Assembly: GCA_964643685.1 (NCBI GenBank)
Contig: CAZXTN010000007.1
Location: 1 to 35,205, forward strand
Source of the DNA: Candidatus Micrarchaeota archaeon
GTDB lineage: Archaea; B1Sed10-29; JAJRYS01
Direction: 5' to 3'
Length of the DNA: 35,205 bases
The stretch's first letter is position 1. Every line of letters begins with the position of its first letter. The notes below the pieces were generated by a model that did no database searches, was not told where the DNA came from, and saw only the letters and a list, made by a program, of their open reading frames with translations. The position numbers were made by a program, and so were the translations under genes. Of the stretch, positions 8,609 through 17,464 are shown piece after piece.

Positions 8609-10240
8609 GTGGCGTTAAACTTGACAGAAGCAATCAACATACACAAAGGATTCAAAGAATACTCAGTAGCAGAATTCTTCAAAAAAAACAGGCAAATGCT
8701 CGGATACTCAGGAAAAATAAAATCCCTAACCACAGCAGTGCACGAATACGTGACAAACGGACTAGACGCCTGCGAAGAAGCAGGAATACTCCCAGACATA
8801 TACGTAAAACTAGAAAAACTAGGGCCAGACCACATAAAGCTAATTGTAGAAGACAACGGGCCAGGCATACCTAAAAAAATAGTAGGCAAAGCCTTCGGCT
8901 CAATGCTCGCAGGAACCAAATTCCACAGATTCCAACAAGCAAGAGGACAACAAGGAATAGGAGCAGCCGGAGTAATCATGTTCTCACAAGTCACAACAGG
9001 AAAACCAACAAAAATAATAACATCACAAGGAAACGGCGTAATCTACGAAACAAAACTATCAATAGACATCAAAGCAAACCAGCCGAAACTAGAAGACCAA
9101 AGAGAATACAGCGGCGAAATGAGAGGAGTGCGCCTAGAAAGCGAACTAAAAGGAGTCAAATACCAAAAAGGAGACTACTCAGTAGACGAATACCTCAGAA
9201 GAACAGCACTAGCAAACCCGCATGCAAAAATAACATACGTCGACCCAGACGGATTGACAACAGTCTACGACAGGGCAGATGCAAAACTGCCTAAAAAACC
9301 AAAATCAACAAAGCCGCACCCAAAAGGAATAGAAGTAGACGACTTACTAACATACGCTTCAGTTACAAAAGCAAGAACAGTGAAATCATTCCTAGTGAAC
9401 GAACTTTCAAGAATGAGCGTGGCAAAAGTAAAGGAAATAGAAGATAAAGTAAGCTTCGACATGAACAAGATCCCAAAAGAGTTAAGGTGGGACGAAGCAG
9501 AAGAAATAATCAAAGCAATCAAACAAATCAACTTCATAGCACCGCCAACAGACGTGCTAATACCAATAGGAGAAAAACAATTAGAAAAAGCAGTAGTCAA
9601 CGTAATCCAACCTGAATTCAAAACAATAATCACGCGTCCAGCTTCAGTGTACAGAGGAGGAGTGCCCTTCATAGTAGAAGTAGCACTTGCATTCGGAGGA
9701 AAAGCAGGCAAAAAAAATGCTGACGATAAAAACAGAATGGAAATAATGAGATTCGCAAACAGAGTGCCTTTGCTGTTCGACTCAGGAGGCTGCGCAATAA
9801 CAAAAGCAGTGCAGTCAGTAAACTTTAAAAAATACAAAATAAGCGACGACACTCCAATAACAGTAATGGTGAACTTCACATCAGTATACGTTCCATACAC
9901 AGGAGCAGGAAAAGAATCAATAGCAGACGAAGAAGAAATAATAAAAGAAATACGCCTAGCCTTAATGGACACAGGAAGAAGACTAGGAAGCTACGTCGCA
10001 GGAAAACTAAGAGAAGCTGAAAAAGAAAAAAAGAAAAGAAACCTCGAAATATACACTCCAATCGTAGCAGAAGCACTAGCAGACATACTAAAAAAAGATG
10101 AGAAAAAAATAGAAAACAAACTCAAAGAAATAATTGAAAAAAAATACAACGAAATCGAAGAAGAAACACCAGAAGAAAAAAAACTAGAAGAAGAGGAAGA
10201 AAAAGAAATAGAAGAACTTGAAAAAGAAGGACTCCTATAA
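8609..10240 (+). CDS. top6B: DNA topoisomerase VI subunit B
   Basis: SVAEFFKKN, HEYVTNGLDA, EDNGPGI, RGQQGIG (GHKL), RFANRVPLLF. Confidence 0.97.
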   Translation: MALNLTEAINIHKGFKEYSVAEFFKKNRQMLGYSGKIKSLTTAVHEYVTNGLDACEEAGILPDIYVKLEKLGPDHIKLIVEDNGPGIPKKIVGKAFGSMLAGTKFHRFQQARGQQGIGAAGVIMFSQVTTGKPTKIITSQGNGVIYETKLSIDIKANQPKLEDQREYSGEMRGVRLESELKGVKYQKGDYSVDEYLRRTALANPHAKITYVDPDGLTTVYDRADAKLPKKPKSTKPHPKGIEVDDLLTYASVTKARTVKSFLVNELSRMSVAKVKEIEDKVSFDMNKIPKELRWDEAEEIIKAIKQINFIAPPTDVLIPIGEKQLEKAVVNVIQPEFKTIITRPASVYRGGVPFIVEVALAFGGKAGKKNADDKNRMEIMRFANRVPLLFDSGGCAITKAVQSVNFKKYKISDDTPITVMVNFTSVYVPYTGAGKESIADEEEIIKEIRLALMDTGRRLGSYVAGKLREAEKEKKKRNLEIYTPIVAEALADILKKDEKKIENKLKEIIEKKYNEIEEETPEEKKLEEEEEKEIEELEKEGLL

Positions 10241-10256
10241 AAAAAAGTGATTGACA

Positions 10257-11375
10257 ATGGCAAAAAAAATTGAATCAGAAGAAATCAAGAAAAAAAGAGA
10301 ACAAAATGCAATGAAAAAAATAGAAGAACTCATGCTCGACATTGAAAAACAAATAGAAAGAGGAGAAGCGCCTGAATTCGAACTCCCATTAAGAGGAAGA
10401 GGAAACGCAGTATACAACCCAGACAAGAAAATGATACTAATGGGAGAAAAGAAAACAAGAAGAAAATTCCTAAACACAGCGCACACCAGGAAATTCGCGC
10501 AAACAATGCTAGTAGCAGAAGCAGCATACAACGAGTTATTAAAAAAAGGAAAAACAGGGACAATCAGGGACCTCTACTACAGCATACTAAGAACAATACC
10601 AGGCACCAAAATAAAAACAGTCGAAGACCAAAGAGAATCAGATGCAGTAAGCGTAGACCTCGAAGTAGCATTAGGGCTCTTAAGAGAAGACTTGAACCTA
10701 AAAGCAGAAAAAAACGGAGCAGTAGCAGGAAACGTAGTAATAGAAGACAGAGGAGACATAATCGACTGGAGCAAAATGGGCTCAGGAGGATGGGCAATAC
10801 CCTCAATGACAGGAGACATAGTATTCAAAGAAGTCAAAGCAGACTTCGTGCTATACGTAGAAAAAGCAGCTATCTGGGAACGTCTAAACGAAGACAAAGT
10901 ATGGAAAAAACTAAACTGCGTGCTCCTAGCAACGCAAGGACAAGCAACAAGAGGAGCAAGACTACTCCTAAGAAGACTAAGCGAAGAACACAACCTACCA
11001 GTATACGTATTCACAGACGCAGACCCATGGGGATGGTACATATACTCAGCAATCAAATATGGTTCAATGGCATTAAGCCACGCAACTGAAAAACTAGGAG
11101 TGCCAAAAGCAAAATTCATGGGAATGACAATGGAAGACATAGAAAAATACGGACTAGAAAAATACACAATCAAACTCACTCCACAAGACATAAAAAGAGC
11201 ACACGAAATAAGCAAATACCCATGGTTCCAATCAGAACAATGGCAAAAAGAAATACAAACAATACTAAAAAAAGGATACAAAGCAGAACTTCAAGCACTA
11301 TCAAAACACGGAATAGAATTCATCAGCGAAACATACATACCAGAAAAACTCAAGAAAAAAGAATACATAGAATAA
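10257..11375 (+). CDS. top6A: DNA topoisomerase VI subunit A
   Basis: TIRDLYY catalytic Tyr, Q.ESD, YVEK, FTDADPWG TOPRIM, KAELQAL. Confidence 0.97.
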   Translation: MAKKIESEEIKKKREQNAMKKIEELMLDIEKQIERGEAPEFELPLRGRGNAVYNPDKKMILMGEKKTRRKFLNTAHTRKFAQTMLVAEAAYNELLKKGKTGTIRDLYYSILRTIPGTKIKTVEDQRESDAVSVDLEVALGLLREDLNLKAEKNGAVAGNVVIEDRGDIIDWSKMGSGGWAIPSMTGDIVFKEVKADFVLYVEKAAIWERLNEDKVWKKLNCVLLATQGQATRGARLLLRRLSEEHNLPVYVFTDADPWGWYIYSAIKYGSMALSHATEKLGVPKAKFMGMTMEDIEKYGLEKYTIKLTPQDIKRAHEISKYPWFQSEQWQKEIQTILKKGYKAELQALSKHGIEFISETYIPEKLKKKEYIE

Positions 11376-11473
11376 AAAAAGTGATGAAAAAATGAAATCA
11401 GTCACAGGTGAAGCAAGTGAAGATTCCAACTTTCATTTTTCACTGTGGAAAAAAGTGATGAAAAAATGAAATC
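11375..11473. repeat. 25-bp exact direct repeat AAAAAAGTGATGAAAAAATGAAATC (11375-11399 and 11449-11473)
   Basis: Read directly; the copies flank a 49-bp spacer with an imperfect inverted repeat (CACAGGTGAA / TTCACTGTG). Confidence 0.9.
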
Positions 11474-11523
11474 GGCTGACGCCTCAAACATTTTAATTGT
11501 ATGAGAACAGGTGAAGAATTAAA

Positions 11524-11916
11524 ATGAAATACTTAACAGGCAAAACAAAAAAAGAACTGCTTGAAGAAATAGAAGCAATAAACACGCCATACCAAGAAAT
11601 ATACATCCCCCTCCGCCCAACAAACGAAATAATAAACAAAATACTTGAAAAAAACCAATACCTGAAAAAAATCACATGCCCACACAGTTTATACCTACAA
11701 GTATCAAAAAAAACATTCAAAAAACTAAGAGAAAAAAACATAAACATACAACCAGGAGACGTGCACGTAGGACGCCCAATGAAACACGACCCTGAACTAA
11801 TCAAAAGAATAATAAACGAAAAAGCAAACGGCAAGCCAGTTAAAAAAATAGCAGAAGACTACGACGTGCCAGTAAGAACAATATACTACTACTTAAAAAA
11901 CGGCTTAAACGAGTAA
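11524..11916 (+). CDS. DUF1699-like protein with C-terminal helix-turn-helix
   Basis: IYIPLRPTN...ITCPHSLY..VSK...GDV pattern resembles archaeal DUF1699; GRP...GKPVKKIAEDYDVPVRTIYYYL HTH; AGGTGA RBS. Confidence 0.7.
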   Translation: MKYLTGKTKKELLEEIEAINTPYQEIYIPLRPTNEIINKILEKNQYLKKITCPHSLYLQVSKKTFKKLREKNINIQPGDVHVGRPMKHDPELIKRIINEKANGKPVKKIAEDYDVPVRTIYYYLKNGLNE

Positions 11917-11918
11917 AA

Positions 11919-11933
11919 AAAAGGTTTTAAAAA
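11919..11933 (+). promoter_or_regulatory. BRE-TATA promoter of tRNA-Asn
   Basis: AAAAGG-TTTTAAAA about 40 nt upstream of the tRNA. Confidence 0.55.
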
Positions 11934-11972
11934 CCAAAACAAATACAAAAAACAACAAAATTAAAAAAAACT

Positions 11973-12046
11973 GCCCTGGTAGCTTAGTCCGGTAAAGCGT
12001 ACGGCTGTTAACCGTAAGACCGCCGGTTCAAATCCGGCCTGGGGCG
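11973..12046 (+). tRNA. tRNA-Asn (anticodon GTT), intronless, CCA not encoded
   Basis: Acceptor GCCCTGG/CTGGGGC, D arm GCTT/AAGC, anticodon arm TACGG-CTGTTAA-CCGTA, T arm GCCGG-TTCAAAT-CCGGC, discriminator G. Confidence 0.97.
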
Positions 12047-12365
12047 TTTTCTAAAAAAGAAAACAACTAAAAAAAGAAGCCACTGAGCAAAGCGAAAATG
12101 GCTTTAATTCTTTTAGTGCAGTTTTTCTTTTCTAAAGAAAAACGCTTGAGGCGACAGCCGATTAAGTTTTTCTTTTAAGAAAAAGTGCCGAAGATCCTGC
12201 CTGGGGCGCTACAAACTCTAAGAGTTTGTATCAGTGAGGCTATCTCAATCGCCTAATGGCTCAAACGTTTTTCTTGTAAAAAACAAGAAAAACTTCACTT
12301 TGTTCGATAGCCATGTTCAAGGCTCTTGCGAGCCTTGAAAAGGTTTTGCCTCTAACGAGGCAAAA
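12046..12365. repeat. Cluster of at least 7 short inverted repeats plus a second copy of the tRNA 3' end (12194-12208)
   Basis: Hairpins at 12046-12064, 12077-12104, 12121-12143, 12210-12230, 12267-12293, 12316-12339 and 12344-12365; ATCCTGCCTGGGGCG matches the tRNA's ATCCGGCCTGGGGCG at 14/15. Confidence 0.85.
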
Positions 12366-12438
12366 ATGAGGCAAACATATAATAACAAGTCATTTAACTA
12401 TTTCTTTTTTATATTAAAAAGGAGTTAAAGTTAAAACA

Positions 12439-12777
12439 ATGCAGTCGTGGAGCAGAGTAGTAGCAGCAGTGACATTAATCTTCATACTAATAGGAATAGG
12501 TACTTTTGCTTACTCCCAACTAGAAGGATGGAACTTAATAGACTCCCTTTACTTCTCAACAACCACCTTGACTACAATCGGCTACGGCGACTTACATCCA
12601 ACCCATAACATTTCAAAACTATTCACAGCTGTTTACATAATAATAGGAGTAGCATTGACTCTAGTTGCATTAACTTCAATAGCCACTTACTTCTTTGAAA
12701 AAAATTACGAAAGAACAGCAGAAACAGTTGAAAAAAACATCTGGAACAAAATCAAAAGAAAAAAATACAGAATCTAA
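12439..12777 (+). CDS. Minimal 2-TM potassium channel (KcsA-like pore, no RCK domain)
   Basis: DSLYFSTTTLTTIGYGDLHP selectivity filter between two TM helices; GGAG RBS. Confidence 0.93.
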   Translation: MQSWSRVVAAVTLIFILIGIGTFAYSQLEGWNLIDSLYFSTTTLTTIGYGDLHPTHNISKLFTAVYIIIGVALTLVALTSIATYFFEKNYERTAETVEKNIWNKIKRKKYRI

Positions 12778-13469
12778 CTCTTTTTAATTTCAAAAATTTT
12801 CTGTTCAAATTCAAATTTTCCATTTGTTAAATTTTCTTTGAAAAAAGCTAGAATCTCTTTTTTAGCTTTTTCATATTCAAAAGGACAAGATTCAAAAAAC
12901 AACTTAAGCAAATTAAACAGTTCTTCATATGAAGAAAAATAAAGCTCTGAATGCAAAGAATGCTCGCTAAAATCAACACCTAAACCCTGCAAAACTTTTT
13001 TAACCTCCTCATAAGTAGATGCATATTCTTTGCCTGAAACATTTGAAAACATTTTTTTAAAAGAACCATAATCGCTTCCAGTTCCATTCACAACAATGAA
13101 AGCTTTTCCTCCTTCTTTTAAATGAGAAATTATCTTCTTCAAAGAGCCTCTTTTATCATTAAAATAATAAAAAACATGAGAAGCAATTATAACATCAAAT
13201 TTTTCACTAAGTTCAACATCCTCCCAATCACTTTTTATAAAAAAAACATTATCAGGAAAAAAAGAAGAAAAAGATTCTTTTTCAACAACCACGTACCTGC
13301 TAAAAAGAGAAGAAAGGGAGTTATAAAAAAAAGCAAAATCACCAGGCCCAATTTCAAGACAAGATTCCTTTTTTTCTCCAATAAGATTTTTAATGCCTTT
13401 AACTAAAACCTCTTTTTCATTTGACTTTTCAATAAAGGAATCAAACAAAGCAGGATTAAATTGAACCAT
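12774..13469 (-). CDS. Class I SAM-dependent methyltransferase
   Basis: CLEIGPGDF motif I, FDVIIASHVFYY, LKEGGK; likely start MVQFNP. Confidence 0.85.
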   Translation of the reverse strand: MVQFNPALFDSFIEKSNEKEVLVKGIKNLIGEKKESCLEIGPGDFAFFYNSLSSLFSRYVVVEKESFSSFFPDNVFFIKSDWEDVELSEKFDVIIASHVFYYFNDKRGSLKKIISHLKEGGKAFIVVNGTGSDYGSFKKMFSNVSGKEYASTYEEVKKVLQGLGVDFSEHSLHSELYFSSYEELFNLLKLFFESCPFEYEKAKKEILAFFKENLTNGKFEFEQKIFEIKKS

Positions 13470-13504
13470 GATAAAAATAACAACCTGAAAATTTATAAAA
13501 ATAA

Positions 13505-14815
13505 TCAATTCAACTCGCTTATTCTTTTTCTCAAGTTCTCCAAAGCAAGCTTAGTAGCAACTGGGTTCTTCTCATCCTTCACTTGCTCGTAAACGCTTTC
13601 ATCAAATAAGTTAATCAACTCAATGCCAAGTTCAATGCATGCTTTTTTCAACGCCTGGTAAGTTTCGCTTGAAGGCTTCAAGTAACTGAAATACTTCTCA
13701 TACTTATGAACAGACAAGTAATTCTTAATCCTCCTGCTAATTACTTCAACGTACTCCTTCTTAATTTCAGGAGTCTCCTCCCATTCAGGCCAATCATATG
13801 CATTAAAAGGATAGTAATTGTCAAACTCCATTGGAATAACGCCAGGCGTGCTGAGAACAACCAAATGCGTCTTAGAAACAAAACCAGGAAACTCATTCAA
13901 CACTTTACTAATTGCCTTATGAGTCTTTGAACGAGAATAAGGCTTTTTGAAACTGCATTGCAAAAACAAAACCCACTTCTTCTCTTTTGGTTTTTCATAA
14001 AACCTCTGGAAGTAATCCTGCCAAACTTCAAAAAACCTGTGATTCAAAATTTCACTGTTAGCTCCTTTAAGCAGCTTCCTCTGTTCAGGTGGAAACTTAG
14101 GCACGAACAAGTAATTCTGAGAATCAGTTTCAATATTATCATACTTTTCAACATGCTTGGAAACAATCTCCTCAAACTCACGGGTAGTAATAGGGCTCCA
14201 GCCACCTTCAACCCACAGTTTAAACAGCTTCGACTTGCTGTGAGGAAAAGTATTAATCAAAACCAAGCTATCGCCTGGCTCTGCATGCTCTTCCACAAAC
14301 TCCACACTCCTGTCAAGCAACTCAACAGAGCCGAAAGGAATATTAACCATCAAGTAAGTGCGCACATGCATGCCATTCTTATGAAGCAACTCAACTGCTT
14401 TTAAATAATCCTCTACAGTAAAGCCCTTTTCATATTTTTTCAGAACTTCATTGTCAGCGCATTCCAAGCCAATGCCAACAGTCAAGTCAAAATCACTGAA
14501 GTCACTTAAGTTCTCCTGCGTTACATACTCAGGACGCGCTTCCACAACCAGCTTCTTAATTCCCTTTTGCTTCAAGAAATTCGCTAGCCATTGCCTGAAT
14601 TCACGTGGAAACTGCGCGTCGTCTAAAAAACTTCCTGACACGAAAATTTTCACAGTATCATAGCCTTCAAAAGACTCTGACTCTATCCTCTTTTTCAAAA
14701 AATCAATGTTAACAGGAGCTTTCAACTGCCCCCAGCCGCATGCAAAGCATTTCCTCCAACTGCATTGCCCAGAAGCCAAAATAATCTTCTTAATTCCTTC
14801 ATTGTTTACAGTCAT
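13505..14815 (-). CDS. RaSEA-like archaeosine radical SAM enzyme fused to a DUF5591 (ArcS-type) domain
   Basis: N-terminal CSWRKCFACGW, KIFVSGSFLDD, VEARPEYV, GIGLECAD, KGFT; C-terminal LQCSFKKPYSRSKTH and STPGVIPMEFDNYYPFNAYD. Confidence 0.8.
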   Translation of the reverse strand: MTVNNEGIKKIILASGQCSWRKCFACGWGQLKAPVNIDFLKKRIESESFEGYDTVKIFVSGSFLDDAQFPREFRQWLANFLKQKGIKKLVVEARPEYVTQENLSDFSDFDLTVGIGLECADNEVLKKYEKGFTVEDYLKAVELLHKNGMHVRTYLMVNIPFGSVELLDRSVEFVEEHAEPGDSLVLINTFPHSKSKLFKLWVEGGWSPITTREFEEIVSKHVEKYDNIETDSQNYLFVPKFPPEQRKLLKGANSEILNHRFFEVWQDYFQRFYEKPKEKKWVLFLQCSFKKPYSRSKTHKAISKVLNEFPGFVSKTHLVVLSTPGVIPMEFDNYYPFNAYDWPEWEETPEIKKEYVEVISRRIKNYLSVHKYEKYFSYLKPSSETYQALKKACIELGIELINLFDESVYEQVKDEKNPVATKLALENLRKRISELN

Positions 14816-14832
14816 TTAAAAAAACCTTTTTT

Positions 14833-15600
14833 TTAATTCATGATTTGCTTGACTAAATCCACCAAGTCCTCGTCTTTCAACTCCCTTACTTTCCTGTCAT
14901 CTTGAACCTGCTTGTTGAAAGCTATTTTCACTGCATTTGAAACAGTCTTGTTCTTGTACCTGAACAATTCCCTTACAAGCAAATTGAAGTTGTCGTCCTT
15001 CACAACACCCTTCTTCCTCTTCAACAAAACAACAACTGAATCAACTTTCGGCTGAGGATAAAAAGAAACACGCGGAACAACTTCCTTGATTTCAACTTCA
15101 TTATAATGCTGAGCCATGACACTCAACCTGCCATAACCCTCCTGCCCAGGACGCTTAATCATCCTGTACCCAAACTCCTTTTGAAAAAATAAAACAGCCA
15201 ACTCAAAATCATAATTCAACAGCTTCTCGCTCAAAGGGCCTGAAATAGAATAAGGAATATTAGAAACAATCTTGTTAAAAAAAGGAATGTCAGTTTTTAA
15301 CACGTCGCTGAAAATCAATTCAACATTACTTAAATCACTTAACTCCTCTTTCAAAACAGGAACAAGCTTCTTATCCCTTTCAATAGCAATTACTTTGCCT
15401 GCTTTTTCAGCAATTTCACGAGTTAAAAAACCAAGCCCAGGTCCTATTTCAAGAACAGTGTCTTTCTTGCTAACATCAGCGTACCTCACAGCCCTTTCAA
15501 TAACGCTTTTGTTAATTATAAAATACTGATCTAAAACAGGGCTTGCTCTAAAACCATACTTGGCATAAATCTGCCTTACTTTCTGAGTCAAATTAATCAT
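14833..15600 (-). CDS. ksgA: 16S rRNA m6,2A dimethyltransferase KsgA/Dim1
   Basis: LDQYFI, VLEIGPGLGFLT, IVSNIPYSIS, QKEFG.R, FYPQPKVDS. Confidence 0.95.
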   Translation of the reverse strand: MINLTQKVRQIYAKYGFRASPVLDQYFIINKSVIERAVRYADVSKKDTVLEIGPGLGFLTREIAEKAGKVIAIERDKKLVPVLKEELSDLSNVELIFSDVLKTDIPFFNKIVSNIPYSISGPLSEKLLNYDFELAVLFFQKEFGYRMIKRPGQEGYGRLSVMAQHYNEVEIKEVVPRVSFYPQPKVDSVVVLLKRKKGVVKDDNFNLLVRELFRYKNKTVSNAVKIAFNKQVQDDRKVRELKDEDLVDLVKQIMN

Positions 15601-15716
15601 TTCAACACCTTTTTTTCAAATTTTCCTACAAACAAAAAAAAATACTTAAAAGAAAAGAAGAAACAAGAAAAACAAAAAAAACTAAAAAAAAATAATTAAA
15701 AAAAAAAATTAAACAA

Positions 15717-16289
15717 TCAATACCTTCTGTTCCTCCTGTTTCTCCTAGGCGCAGCTGGCCTTACAAACAAGTAATGCTTCTCACCGCCCATCATCTCCTG
15801 AATAATCCTGTCAACAATCAACCTCTTAGGATCAGGCATTAAATTAATCCTGTCAACAATATCCTTAAAACTCTCAAAAGGCTTAACTTCCCTTTCTTTC
15901 AAAATCTCCTTCATATGCTTCTTACCAATACCAGGCAACAACTCAAGAGAATGCTGCCTAACAGTAATAGGCCCAGCCTTGTTGAAAAAATTAACAAAAA
16001 ACTCCTCCTTATCAGCCACAATCTTCTCCAAATTAGCTTTCAATTCACTCCTAGCAGTAGCAGTCAACTTCTGATAATCCAACCTGCCTTTAATAAACTT
16101 AATCTTATCCCTCTTCTCAGGCCCAATATACACTTCCTCGCCAATGCTAATACTAGCCTCATCCCTAGCAACCAACTCCAACAAAGCCAAATACTTAGGC
16201 CCAAGAGCCTGAACAACCGGCTCCTTCCTAAAAGAACTCACATACCCATTCGGCAAAAAATCCAACACAATAGCACTATCCTCACGCAT
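15717..16289 (-). CDS. DUF655 family putative RNA-binding protein (OB fold plus HhH)
   Basis: AIVLDFL..G, LLEL, FFNKAGPITVRQHSLELLPGIGKK, PFESF; conserved position between rpoF and ksgA. Confidence 0.9.
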   Translation of the reverse strand: MREDSAIVLDFLPNGYVSSFRKEPVVQALGPKYLALLELVARDEASISIGEEVYIGPEKRDKIKFIKGRLDYQKLTATARSELKANLEKIVADKEEFFVNFFNKAGPITVRQHSLELLPGIGKKHMKEILKEREVKPFESFKDIVDRINLMPDPKRLIVDRIIQEMMGGEKHYLFVRPAAPRRNRRNRRY

Positions 16290-16321
16290 AAAAACCAACA
16301 CCCCAAAAAAGGATTTTTCAC

Positions 16322-16657
16322 TCAATCCTCTTTAAACAAGGAAACAATCTCCTTAACCTTGTCATCAGTCAATTCAAACCTAGACTTCTCAAAGAAAAGC
16401 TTCACCAACTCAGGCGAAGTCGGACGAACATTAACCAAACTAACAGCAGTCTCCTCATCAACGCCCATTTCCTTAAGCTTCTCAACAAGCTTCAAAGCAG
16501 AATCAACCCTGCCCTTGCCAAACTCCTTAACATACTCCAAAGTCACTTTCTGCTCGTAACTCAACTCCTCATCCTCCTCAGCTTTCTTCTTATCCTCTAA
16601 AATCTTCCTAACTTCCTGCAAAGTCAAAAACCTTGAACCAACAACTTCAGTACTCAT
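16322..16657 (-). CDS. rpoF: RNA polymerase subunit F (Rpo4)
   Basis: LSYEQKVTLEYVKEF, A..LVNVRP pattern; synteny with rpl21e. Confidence 0.9.
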   Translation of the reverse strand: MSTEVVGSRFLTLQEVRKILEDKKKAEEDEELSYEQKVTLEYVKEFGKGRVDSALKLVEKLKEMGVDEETAVSLVNVRPTSPELVKLFFEKSRFELTDDKVKEIVSLFKED

Positions 16658-16670
16658 TCAAAAACCACCT

Positions 16671-16970
16671 TTACATTTTAACAGGACTCAAATGCGCAGG
16701 ATGAACAATAATCCTCTTCAACGCATTCATATCCCTAACTTCAACAATAAAACAAGAACCGCGTTTTCCAACAACAGTTCCAGTCGCGCCATTAAACCTC
16801 CTATGAGGCATGGCACTATGAACACTTGAATTAATCTTAACATGCACCTTCTCCCCTTCACTAAACTCCTGAAGCATCTTATTAACACTAGGCATGCCCT
16901 TATCCCTCTTATGCTTACCAGCCACATGCCTGCTCTTAGCCCTAGGGCCCTTGTGCTTTGCCTTAACCAT
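16671..16970 (-). CDS. rpl21e: 50S ribosomal protein L21e
   Basis: G.R.KSR, F.EGEKVHVKINSSVH..MPHRRFNG.TG.V.GKRG, HPAHL; GGAGG RBS. Confidence 0.96.
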   Translation of the reverse strand: MVKAKHKGPRAKSRHVAGKHKRDKGMPSVNKMLQEFSEGEKVHVKINSSVHSAMPHRRFNGATGTVVGKRGSCFIVEVRDMNALKRIIVHPAHLSPVKM

Positions 16971-17073
16971 TTCACAAAACCTCCTAATTAAAAAATAAAA
17001 TTAAAAAGTGCAAAGAAAAGAACCTTCACACTACATAAAATAAACAATGCTCTTAATTATTCTAACCAAACGC

Positions 17074-17089
17074 ATTTATAAAGCTTTCA
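17074..17089 (-). promoter_or_regulatory. BRE-TATA promoter of the rpl21e operon
   Basis: Minus strand GAAAGC-TTTATAAAT, a canonical archaeal BRE plus TATA. Confidence 0.7.
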
Positions 17090-17135
17090 ATAAAAAAAAA
17101 CAAATAAATACCACTTAAAACAAACAATAAAAACC

Positions 17136-17417
17136 ATGGCAGACGACAGCACAGACTTTGAAAAAATAGCACTAGGAACATTCATCATACTCACAGCACT
17201 AGCATACATAAAACCAAACCTAACAATCACACCCCTCATATTCCTACTTGCAGGAATAACAGCAATCGCCTACCTAATCAAAGGAACAATCAACTTCATA
17301 CTAAAAGGAGACGCTGAACAAATACTCTCAGGAATAGCACTAATAATACTAATAACCCTACTAATACCAAACGGACAAACACTCATAAACAACCTACTCC
17401 ACACAATAGGACTCTAA
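17136..17417 (+). CDS. Small hypothetical membrane protein (about 3 TM)
   Basis: 93-aa hydrophobic ORF with the local A/C-ending codon bias. Confidence 0.7.
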   Translation: MADDSTDFEKIALGTFIILTALAYIKPNLTITPLIFLLAGITAIAYLIKGTINFILKGDAEQILSGIALIILITLLIPNGQTLINNLLHTIGL

Positions 17418-17443
17418 AACCAAACCCCCTCCCCTTTTTAAAT

Positions 17444-17464
17444 ACCTTTATAAAGGTTTATAAA
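17444..17464 (+). promoter_or_regulatory. Tandem TTTATAAA boxes upstream of tbp; the first lies inside a 14-bp palindrome
   Basis: ACCTTTATAAAGGT at 17444-17457; TTTATAAA at 17447-17454 and 17457-17464. Confidence 0.65.

Noticed and set aside
9265-11281. Long antisense ORFs (9265..9972, 10577..11281; similarly 15915..16559 and 17532..18107)
   Set aside because: Shadows of well-supported genes, produced by biased codon usage; no motifs
15601-15716. A-rich low-complexity tract as a repeat element or ncRNA
   Set aside because: Reads as U-tracts on the minus strand after DUF655; consistent with terminator/promoter spacer and local skew
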